Shown: in pieces, positions 56,470 to 64,000 of the stretch
Numbering within the stretch: position 1 is the stretch's first letter
How the letters are laid out: each line of letters starts with the position of its first letter
Source of the DNA: an uncultured bacterium
GTDB lineage: Bacteria; Patescibacteriota; Minisyncoccia; Phycocordibacterales; PALSA-1337
DNA length: 64,000 bases
Direction of reading: 5' to 3'
Assembly: GCA_963701025.1 (NCBI GenBank)
Contig: OY969557.1
Location: forward strand, 506,042-570,041
Notes under the pieces: model-generated
Seen by the model: the letters and a program-made list of their open reading frames with translations, nothing else
Database searches by the model: none
What the model was told of the DNA's origin: nothing
Position numbers and translations under genes: made by a program

Positions 56470-57246
56470 ATGCAAAATAAAAACGCACAATTAAAATTCA
56501 CTCTTCAGTCATTCGGATTCGGAGACAAAGAGTGCAGCGTATATTTCGCTTTATTGGAATTGGGCAGAGGTACAGTCACTGAGATATCAAGGAAGGCTGG
56601 CATAAACAGGACGACCGGCTATGATATCCTCGCTTCCCTCGGAACCAAGGGTCTAGTTAATATTTCGGGTAAGGAACCAAAACAAGAATATATAGTCGAG
56701 TCCCCGGACGCACTGATGAAGTATCTTGAAGATCAATCAGCTCAATTGGCCGAGAATATCAAGAAGGCAAAGGAAACCGTGGCCGAGCTCAAGTCTATGC
56801 AGGCCTTGGAAAATCGTCCGAAGATAAAATTTTACGAAGGCACGGAAGGATTGCGCAATGTCTACGAGGACACACTCACTTCTTCCGAGAAAATACTGGC
56901 TTATGCTTGCATCGATGACATGCACAAGGCTTTGCCTGATTATTTTCCTGAATATTACAAAAGACGCGCAAAAAACGGCATCTCTATCCGTGGCATCGTA
57001 CCCAAAACCAAGGCTGGTATCGAGCGAGCCAGTCACAACGAGGAGGAAAAACGCGAGATCGCTTTCGTCCCTGCCGATAAATATTACTTCTCGCCGGAAA
57101 TAAACATCTACGACAACAAGATTATGATTGCCTCATGGAGAGAAAAGCTCGGCATTATCATCGAAAGCGCAGAGATAGCCGACGCCATGAAGAAGATCTA
57201 TAGCCTTGCTTGGGCAGAGGCTAAACGATTAAGCAATAACGCCTAA
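56470..57246 (+). CDS. TrmB-family transcriptional regulator
   Basis: N-terminal wHTH (ECSVYFALLELGRGTVTEISRKAGINRTTGYDILASLGTKGLV) plus a TrmB C-terminal domain. Confidence 0.8.
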   Translation: MQNKNAQLKFTLQSFGFGDKECSVYFALLELGRGTVTEISRKAGINRTTGYDILASLGTKGLVNISGKEPKQEYIVESPDALMKYLEDQSAQLAENIKKAKETVAELKSMQALENRPKIKFYEGTEGLRNVYEDTLTSSEKILAYACIDDMHKALPDYFPEYYKRRAKNGISIRGIVPKTKAGIERASHNEEEKREIAFVPADKYYFSPEINIYDNKIMIASWREKLGIIIESAEIADAMKKIYSLAWAEAKRLSNNA

Positions 57247-57391
57247 AAACACCATTCATGCGAAAAAGCTCATTCTGTAAACTAAGCTTGCGCTCTTTTG
57301 TATATATGATAGATTACTCCCATCAGCTCTGTTCGCCAGACCGGCGGACATTTTAGTTAGAGGCCCGAAAACTTAATAACAATTAAATAAC

Positions 57392-58540
57392 ATGTTCGAC
57401 CTCAAAGTCATAAATAGCGTCGTCCAACAGCTCGAGGAAGAGCGCGGCATCCCGCGCGAAAAGACCCTTGAGGCCATTGCCATGGCCTTGGCCACCGCTT
57501 ACAAGAAAGAATACGGCAAGAAAGGCCAGATCGTCCGCGCCTCATTCGACGCGAATACCGGCACGGTCGAATTTTGGCAGGTCAAGGTGGTCGTAGACCG
57601 CAACCAGGTCATCATGGAAGGCGATCCGGAGCCGGAGGAGGACCTGAAGGACGCCAACGTGGACGACATCAAGATCCGCTTCAACCCGGAACAGCACATG
57701 CTGCCGGAAGATGCCAAGAAGATCAAGCGCGACGCCGTCGTCGGCGACGAGCTGGTCTTCCCTCTGGAAACCAAGGCCGATTTCGGCCGCATCGCCGCCC
57801 AGACGGCCAAGCAGATCATCATCCAGAAGATCCGCGAAGCCGAGAAAGTCTCGGTCATGGGCGAATACGGCGAGAAAGAAGGCGAGATCGTGGCCGGCAC
57901 GGTCGAGCGCGTCGAACGCGGCACCGTATTCATCAATATGGGCCGCGCTCTCGGCGTCATCCCCTACGAGGAGCAGATCCCGAGCGAGCGCTGGAAGACC
58001 GGCGACCGCATCCGCGCCTATCTCTACGCCGTGGAGGAGACGCCAAAAGGCATAGTACTAAAGCTCTCTCGCGCCCATCCGCGATTCCTGGCCAAGCTCT
58101 TCGAGACCGAAGCGCCGGAGATCGCCGCCGGCACCGTCGAGATCAAGGCCATCGCCCGCGAAGCCGGCTCTCGCTCAAAGGTCGCCGTCGTCTCGCATGA
58201 TCCGCACATAGACCCCATCGGCTCCATGGTCGGCCAGCGCGGCGTCCGCGTCTCGACCGTGACTAGCGAGCTTTCCGGCGAGAAGATAGACATCGTCGAA
58301 TGGAACGAGGATCCAGCCCTTTTCATCGAAGAGGCTCTATCCCCCGCCGAAGTCGTATCCCTCGAGCTCGATGAACGAGAGCATCGCGCCATCGTCACCG
58401 TCACCGAAGACGAGCAATCATTGGCCATCGGCAAAGGCGGCCAGAACGTCCGCCTGGCGGCCAAATTGACGGGCTGGAAGATAGACATAAGGTCCGATAG
58501 CAGCGAAGAGGCCGTGGAATCAGAAGCCGTGGAGGCGTAA
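57392..58540 (+). CDS. nusA: Transcription termination/antitermination factor NusA
   Basis: N-terminal, S1 and KH1/KH2 domain patterns; 382 aa. Confidence 0.95.
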   Translation: MFDLKVINSVVQQLEEERGIPREKTLEAIAMALATAYKKEYGKKGQIVRASFDANTGTVEFWQVKVVVDRNQVIMEGDPEPEEDLKDANVDDIKIRFNPEQHMLPEDAKKIKRDAVVGDELVFPLETKADFGRIAAQTAKQIIIQKIREAEKVSVMGEYGEKEGEIVAGTVERVERGTVFINMGRALGVIPYEEQIPSERWKTGDRIRAYLYAVEETPKGIVLKLSRAHPRFLAKLFETEAPEIAAGTVEIKAIAREAGSRSKVAVVSHDPHIDPIGSMVGQRGVRVSTVTSELSGEKIDIVEWNEDPALFIEEALSPAEVVSLELDEREHRAIVTVTEDEQSLAIGKGGQNVRLAAKLTGWKIDIRSDSSEEAVESEAVEA

Positions 58541-58553
58541 GATACCATTATCC

Positions 58554-58958
58554 ATGATTCCTTTCTTCAATATCCCCGACATATTCAATTTCCCCCAGCA
58601 TGTCCGGAACAGCTATGAGATACGGCGCGAGCACGCTACCGACAACGGCAATTACCGCAATTCTCTTTTCGTCGTTCCGCTCGAACAATCATTGGCAAAT
58701 CTGAACAAGATCGAGACGCTCATAGAGTCGCGCATGGACAAAGACGCCGCTTCAGGCACGGACATGACCGATGCCGGCCTTTTGCTCGTTATCGCCCAGC
58801 AGAGTCTGGCAAACGCCGTGAATGCCGTAGGCGAAGCCACTTCCACCGGGAGCGGGGGCCTACACCCCGCGTTCGTGAATGCGCATTTTGCACTAAATGA
58901 CGCCAAAGACGCTCTCAATACGGTTGTCGACGCCATAGCAACGGCCGAGAACGAATAA
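58554..58958 (+). CDS. Hypothetical protein (134 aa)
   Basis: ORF immediately downstream of nusA. No recognisable motif. Confidence 0.4.
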   Translation: MIPFFNIPDIFNFPQHVRNSYEIRREHATDNGNYRNSLFVVPLEQSLANLNKIETLIESRMDKDAASGTDMTDAGLLLVIAQQSLANAVNAVGEATSTGSGGLHPAFVNAHFALNDAKDALNTVVDAIATAENE

Positions 58959-58960
58959 AA

Positions 58961-59185
58961 ATGGAACCGACGCAAGACAAAGGCATAGGACCGATCATAG
59001 GGACGCTCGTCATCGTCATCGTCCTTTTTATCGCCGCCATATACGTCTTTGCCTCACATATAAACCGCCAATCTGCCATCGACGCTTCCCTCTACGCCAC
59101 ATCGACGCCCCAATTCCAGACCATCACCAATAACGCCGACGACGTGCGGTCATTGAAGAACGACCTTAATAATTCCGTTAAGTAA
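58961..59185 (+). CDS. Small membrane protein (74 aa, one TM)
   Basis: IIGTLVIVIVLFIAAIYVFA TM helix. Tightly spaced between neighbouring genes. Confidence 0.35.
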   Translation: MEPTQDKGIGPIIGTLVIVIVLFIAAIYVFASHINRQSAIDASLYATSTPQFQTITNNADDVRSLKNDLNNSVK

Positions 59186-59190
59186 CCAAC

Positions 59191-60291
59191 ATGAGCGAGC
59201 AGAACAAGCCGGCACAGCCCGATGTCCCGACATCGTATGTTTCAGCGGCCGTTAAGCCCATCGAGAAGTCGCGCGTGGAGATTCAGGGCTCTATTGCGCC
59301 GGAAGTCTGGGAAAAATACCGCCCGCAGGCACTCAAACATATCAACGAGCACGTCACCGTGGACGGTTTCCGCAAGGGCATGATCCCGGATAATATCCTC
59401 GTCGCCAAAGTCGGCGATATGGCCGTCTTGGAAGAGATGGCCGAACTCGCCCTTTCCAGAGCGTATGTGGATATCATCATAGGTAACAGGATAGACGCCA
59501 TCGGCAAGCCGGAGATACAAGTAACGAAGCTGGCCATAGATAATCCTCTGGAATTCAAGATAATCACCGCCGTAGTGCCTGAAGTAAAATTGCCGGATTA
59601 TAGGAAGCTCGCCCAAAAAGAAGTTGCGAAACAAAATCAGGAAGATGTGAAGGTGACAGATAAAGATGTAGAGGATACAATTCTCCGTATAAGAAAATCG
59701 CGCGCGTCCCACGAAGGCCACGATCACGCTACGATGACGCCCGAAGAACACGAGAAGGCAGTGGAGGCCAGCCTGCCGGACTTGACCGACGACTTTGTGA
59801 AAACGTTAGGCGATTTTGCTGATGTCCCGGATTTCAAAAACAAGCTCTCGGCTATGGTGGCCGAGGAAAAACGCCAAACTGCCATAGAGAAGATGCGTAT
59901 CCGTATCGCCGACGCTATCACAGACGCTTCAAAAGCCGACTTGCCTGACATCATGACCGAGAGCGAGCTTCATCGTACCGAGGACCAATTCAAGGCCGAC
60001 ATGGAGCGGATGGGCGTCAAATTGGAGGATTATCTAAAGCACGCAAAGAAAACTATCGAGGAGATCCGGGCCGAATGGAGGCCTCATGCCGAAAAGAAGG
60101 CCAAACTGCAATTGGTTCTGAACTTGATAGCGAAAAAAGAGAACATCAAGCCTGATGTCGCCGAAGTCGAGGCTGAAGTGAGCCATATCATAGAGCACTA
60201 CAAAGAAGCCGACCGGGAGCATGCCAAGGCGTATGCCGAGACGATTATCACGAATGAAAAAATATTTCAGTTTCTGGAGAGTCAAAAATAA
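59191..60291 (+). CDS. tig: Trigger factor (short form, reduced or absent PPIase domain)
   Basis: Ribosome-binding signature VDGFRKGMIP. Only 366 aa. Confidence 0.85.
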   Translation: MSEQNKPAQPDVPTSYVSAAVKPIEKSRVEIQGSIAPEVWEKYRPQALKHINEHVTVDGFRKGMIPDNILVAKVGDMAVLEEMAELALSRAYVDIIIGNRIDAIGKPEIQVTKLAIDNPLEFKIITAVVPEVKLPDYRKLAQKEVAKQNQEDVKVTDKDVEDTILRIRKSRASHEGHDHATMTPEEHEKAVEASLPDLTDDFVKTLGDFADVPDFKNKLSAMVAEEKRQTAIEKMRIRIADAITDASKADLPDIMTESELHRTEDQFKADMERMGVKLEDYLKHAKKTIEEIRAEWRPHAEKKAKLQLVLNLIAKKENIKPDVAEVEAEVSHIIEHYKEADREHAKAYAETIITNEKIFQFLESQK

Positions 60292-60326
60292 GAGAACACA
60301 TGAAACAAAATAGCAAGTGAAATCGC

Positions 60327-61106
60327 TTATCGGGCGAAGATCACCTCCGACAGGGCGGCAATGACGGCAGTTTCAGCCCTTAATATCTGTGGCCCGAGAC
60401 AGACAGTCTCAATTCCATTCTTGTGAAACAGATCTATCTCATCCATAGACCAACCGCCTTCAGGGCCAATGAATACGGCAATGGGGATATCTCGGGGGAC
60501 ATCCTGTGGATTGAAGGCTTTGGCGTCGGTATGGAAGGCAATTTTTGCCCACTTTAGTTGACTAAAGTGCTTTGAATCAGACATGCCTTCTCCCCCCATT
60601 AGTGATTCAACTGTCTCTTTTAGATCCATTATCTGATGAATGGCCGGAACATTTCCCCTTCCAGACTGTTCACTCGCCTCAACCGCTATTTTGATCAATC
60701 GCTTTTCACTCAAAGATTTCTTCTCGCTCCTTTCGGCCATTATCGGGATTATATGCGTCACCCCCAATTCAGCGGCTTTTTCTACTATCCATTCAAAGGT
60801 GTCTTTCTTGACCACTGCCGCGCACAAGTAAATATCGCGCGCCGGCATGTAACGGCTCCTCGTCGAAGTTACCACGTCAAAAGCGACAAGATTCTTGTCA
60901 TCTTTCGCCTTGCCGGCGGATGACCCGGCAGATGACTCGCCTATCCGGCACTCATAATCAAAGCCCGAGCCGTCAAAGACGACCACCGAATCTCCCGCCT
61001 TCAGACGAAAAACCCGCCGCACCTGATTGGCCAGCTCGGCGGAATGAACAGAGAACTTGGTTTTATCGCCGACCTGCTCGTCAATGAAGAAACGATGCAA
61101 TCTCAT
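60327..61106 (-). CDS. rsmE: 16S rRNA methyltransferase RsmE-like
   Basis: N-terminal MRLHRFFIDE PUA-like region and a C-terminal SPOUT-type region. Confidence 0.7.
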   Translation of the reverse strand: MRLHRFFIDEQVGDKTKFSVHSAELANQVRRVFRLKAGDSVVVFDGSGFDYECRIGESSAGSSAGKAKDDKNLVAFDVVTSTRSRYMPARDIYLCAAVVKKDTFEWIVEKAAELGVTHIIPIMAERSEKKSLSEKRLIKIAVEASEQSGRGNVPAIHQIMDLKETVESLMGGEGMSDSKHFSQLKWAKIAFHTDAKAFNPQDVPRDIPIAVFIGPEGGWSMDEIDLFHKNGIETVCLGPQILRAETAVIAALSEVIFAR

Positions 61107-61141
61107 ATTCGTAGCATTCGAATGCTATTTGTGGATTCGGA

Positions 61142-61738
61142 TTACTTCTTCGTATCCGTGACCTGGTCTATTATGCCGTATTTCTTGGCCTCTTCGGCGT
61201 CCATGAAGAAATCGCGGTCGACGTCTTTCTCGATCTTATTCAAAGTCTGCCCGGTGTTCTTGGCCAGTATCTTATTGGTCAATGCCCGTGTCTTGATGAT
61301 ATGTTTGGCGGTAATCTCGATATCCGAAGCTTGACCTTCGACACCGCCAAGGGGCTGGTGGATCATTATCTCTGAATTCGGCAGAGCCAAGCGCTTCCCT
61401 TTTGTACCGGAAGAAAGGATTACCGCAGCCATGGAGGCAGCTATACCGACGCATACCGTGGAAACGTCATTTTTGATGTGATTAATCGTATCAACAACAG
61501 CAAGACCAGCCGTAACCGACCCGCCTGGAGAATTAATATATAGCGAAATCTCCTTCTTCGGATCTTCCGACTGCAAAAAGAGCAGCTGGGCGATGACGAT
61601 ATTGGCCACCGTGTCGTCGATGGGACCGCCGAGGAAGACTATATTATCCTTGAGCAGGCGCGAGTATATGTCATAGGCGCGCTCGCCGAAGGTCGATTTT
61701 TCTATGACGGTCGGGATAAGTATGGACATGGCAGGCAT
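61142..61738 (-). CDS. clpP: ATP-dependent Clp protease proteolytic subunit
   Basis: Catalytic Ser (GIAASMAA) and His (IMIHQPLGG) motifs. Confidence 0.95.
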   Translation of the reverse strand: MPAMSILIPTVIEKSTFGERAYDIYSRLLKDNIVFLGGPIDDTVANIVIAQLLFLQSEDPKKEISLYINSPGGSVTAGLAVVDTINHIKNDVSTVCVGIAASMAAVILSSGTKGKRLALPNSEIMIHQPLGGVEGQASDIEITAKHIIKTRALTNKILAKNTGQTLNKIEKDVDRDFFMDAEEAKKYGIIDQVTDTKK

Positions 61739-61887
61739 TGTAGCATATAATACCCTCGTTATTCAATTTAATTTCGATACCGCCGTACGGACTGCCGTGA
61801 TCCCCCAACTTATGACACTCAATCTTAACAAGCCACAGATTCATACGTTACTTTCACCATAGTTCGTAGTGGCGGATCGCATCCGCA

Positions 61888-63421
61888 ATGTATTCATTAA
61901 AACTGATCGCCGTATTCCTGGCCATCGCCGGAATAGCAGGCATCGCCATAGGATATTACCTCCGGCTGATCATCTCTCTCGGCAAGAAAGGCTCGATGGA
62001 GCTCGAGATCAAGGAGATGCTCCTTGCCGCCAAGGAAGAAGCCAAGAAGATCACCATCGACGCCGAAGCCAAGGCCTCCCAGAGCGCGGAGGAGATGAAA
62101 AAAGAGATAAAAGAGAAAGAGGAGAAGAACAAGCACGCGGAAGAGCGTCTGATCAAGAAGGAGGACCTTTTGGATAAGCGCCAGAGCGATCTAGACAAGG
62201 AAGTCGAGTTGGTCAAAACCCGCGTGGCGGAGATAAAAGCCATACGAGATCAGGCCGACAAGCTTGAAGGACGATCGCAAACAGGCCTTGGAAAAGGTAG
62301 CCAAGCTCACGGCCGATGAAGCAAAACAGGAGATCATCAAGTTGGTCGAGAAGCAGTCAGAGGAAGACATCCTCGTTCGCATGAATAAGCTGGACACGCA
62401 GGGCGAAGAGATGCTCGACCGGAAGGCCCGCGACATTCTGGCCATATCCATACAACGCCTTGCTTCTTCCGTCGCCTCCGACGTCATGTCCACCGTCGTG
62501 CCCATACCGAGCGACGACGTCAAAGGCAAGATCATCGGCAAGGAAGGCCGCAATATCAAGGCCTTCGAGCGCGCCACCGGCGTGGAAGTCATGGTGGACG
62601 ACACCCCAGGCGCCATCACCATATCCTCATTCGATCCTGTGCGTCGCCATACCGCCCGCATCGCCCTCTTGGAGCTCATCAAAGACGGCCGCATTCAGCC
62701 GGCCAAGATAGAGCAGATCGTGGAAAAGGCCAAGCAGGAGATCAATAAGACCATAAAGGAAAAAGGCGAACAGGCCGCCTACGAATGCGGAGTGCTCGGC
62801 CTTGATCCCCGCATACTGCTTATCCTGGGCAGGCTTCATTTCCGCACAAGCTACGGCCAGAACGTCCTCATGCACTCCGTCGAGATGGCCCATATCGCCG
62901 GCATGATAGCCGAGGAGCTCGGCGCCAACGTCCAGGTGGCCAAAGCCGGCGCTCTCCTCCATGATATCGGCAAAGCCCTCGACCACGAAGTCTCCGGCAC
63001 TCATGTCGAGATCGGCCGCCGCATCCTCCAGAAGTTCGGCGCTTCCGAGGACATCGTCAAGGCCATGCAGGCCCACCATGAAGAATATCCATACGAGACC
63101 ATCGAATCCCGCATCGTCCAGACGGCTGACGCCATATCCGGCGCCCGCCCCGGCGCCCGCCGCGACAACATAGAGAATTACCTCAAGCGCCTCGGCGACC
63201 TCGAAGCCACCGCCAACTCATTCCCCGGCATAGAAAAGTCCTACGCTCTCCAAGCCGGCCGCGAAATCCGCGTCTTCGTCAAACCAGAGGCCATCGGCGA
63301 CGTCGAAGCCAAGGAATTGGCCCGCAATATCGCCTTGAAGATAGAAAAGGATCTGAAATATCCTGGTGAAATAAAAGTTACGGTTATAAGGGAGACGAGG
63401 ACGATAGAGTTTGCTAGGTAA
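61888..63421 (+). CDS. rny: Ribonuclease Y (TM + coiled coil + KH + HD) with one frameshift near 62265
   Basis: ORF 61888..62319 (TM plus coiled coil) and ORF 62264..63421 (KH plus HD: GKEGRNIK, LLHDIGK) join as ...QADKLE|KDDRKQALEKV if about 1 nt is restored. Confidence 0.85.
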
Positions 63422-63603
63422 AAATGTTATAATATGGCCATGAATAAGCATTGGTCAGTCAATGAAACGGAACTTATTAAGAATCCGGAGGCACACGCCA
63501 TCTGGAAGCGGATGTAATCAGGTGTAATTCGTGGCCTATTGCTTAAAATAGCCCTTAAAGTACAATTAGAGCCATATTACTAATATAAATAACAATAAAA
63601 CAC

Positions 63604-63855
63604 ATGGCAACTAAGAACTCCGCATTCATGAAGCCTATGACAGTCAGCGCCGATTTGGCCGCAGTAGTAGGCAACGGTCCTATGCCTCGTTCAGAAGTCG
63701 TGAGTAAGCTTTGGGTCTACATAAAGGCCAACAACCTCCAGGACGCCAAGGACAAGCGCGTTATCAATCCTGACGAGAAGCTTGGGAAGGTTCTGGGCAA
63801 TGCGCCTATAAATATGATGAAAATGGGTGGAGCAGTGTCAAAACACCTCTCCTAA
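63604..63855 (+). CDS. SWIB/MDM2-domain protein
   Basis: RSEVVSKLWVYIKANNLQDAKDKRVINPDEKLGKVLG matches the SWIB core. Confidence 0.65.
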   Translation: MATKNSAFMKPMTVSADLAAVVGNGPMPRSEVVSKLWVYIKANNLQDAKDKRVINPDEKLGKVLGNAPINMMKMGGAVSKHLS

Positions 63856-63924
63856 CACCCCTATTGCCTAAAAAACGGCTTAACGTATAATGTAAGCCAC
63901 ATTACCAGCATTAACTAAATAATC

Positions 63925-64000
63925 ATGAATAAAGCTAGCATTGTAGAGGCAGTCCACGGCGTTCTCGGCGGTACCAAGGTCCAAGCCGAGCAAGCGGTTG
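63925..64000 (+). CDS. hup: DNA-binding protein HU (N-terminal fragment; continues beyond the window)
   Basis: MNKASIVEAVHGVLGGTKVQAEQAV matches the HU N-terminus. Confidence 0.8.
   Translation, partial: MNKASIVEAVHGVLGGTKVQAEQAV

Overview
The window is a bacterial chromosomal segment with about 55-58% GC (AT-rich islands excepted), dominated by minus-strand core operons. These are the str operon (rpsL-rpsG-fusA ... tuf) and the S10/spc operon (rpsJ-rplC-rplD-rplW-rplB ... rpsS-rplV-rpsC-rplP ... rpmC-rpsQ-rplN-rplX-rplE). Gene content and style are consistent with a small-genome Patescibacteria/CPR-like organism, but this is inference only. Supporting observations are type IV pilus genes, Lys/Ala-rich tails on ribosomal proteins, many giant surface proteins, a short trigger factor and SD-poor leaders.

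The canonical operons are repeatedly interrupted by accessory DNA:
- a 975-aa HYR/Ig-like surface protein sits between rplP and rpmC;
- a low-GC cassette of unknown genes plus an orphan mini histidine kinase sits between rplB and rpsS;
- a Gp49(HigB-like)/XRE toxin-antitoxin pair sits between rplD and rplC;
- a toxin-antitoxin cassette flanked by 32-nt repeats sits between rpsG and fusA;
- two giant peptidoglycan-binding surface proteins sit between fusA and tuf;
- the spc operon ends after rplE at a terminator, followed by an ECF sigma/anti-sigma pair.

Other content:
- a pilB (degenerate) - [AT-rich island: type IIG R-M enzyme, DUF3800] - pilC - pilin/PilX-like pilus locus, with a Panacea-domain antitoxin plus toxin pair divergent from pilB;
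- a radical SAM/TrmB pair;
- a ComEC channel gene separated from its metallo-beta-lactamase domain gene by an opposite-strand sodA-like gene;
- HicAB and ParDE modules, recJ, HIT, pgk, tpiA, nusA, tig, rsmE, clpP, rny, a SWIB protein and HU.

Several conserved genes carry frameshifts: fusA (3), pilB (at least 8), rny, rnhA, the type IIG R-M gene and a pilin-like gene. Of the sites I could resolve to nucleotide level (fusA x3, pilB x2, pilin-like x1), all look like single-base insertions. The rny, rnhA and other pilB sites look like deletions, and the R-M site is unresolved. These could be genuine decay or assembly indels.

Recurrent non-coding elements are present:
- a 35-nt promoter-like module upstream of rpsL and rplC, with degenerate copies upstream of rpsJ, rplB and rsmE;
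- an operator-like motif shared by the HigBA-like operon and both comEC halves;
- a hairpin repeat flanking a toxin-antitoxin cassette;
- G-depleted tandem-heptad spacers between ribosomal protein genes.

No rRNA, tRNA or CRISPR array was found.
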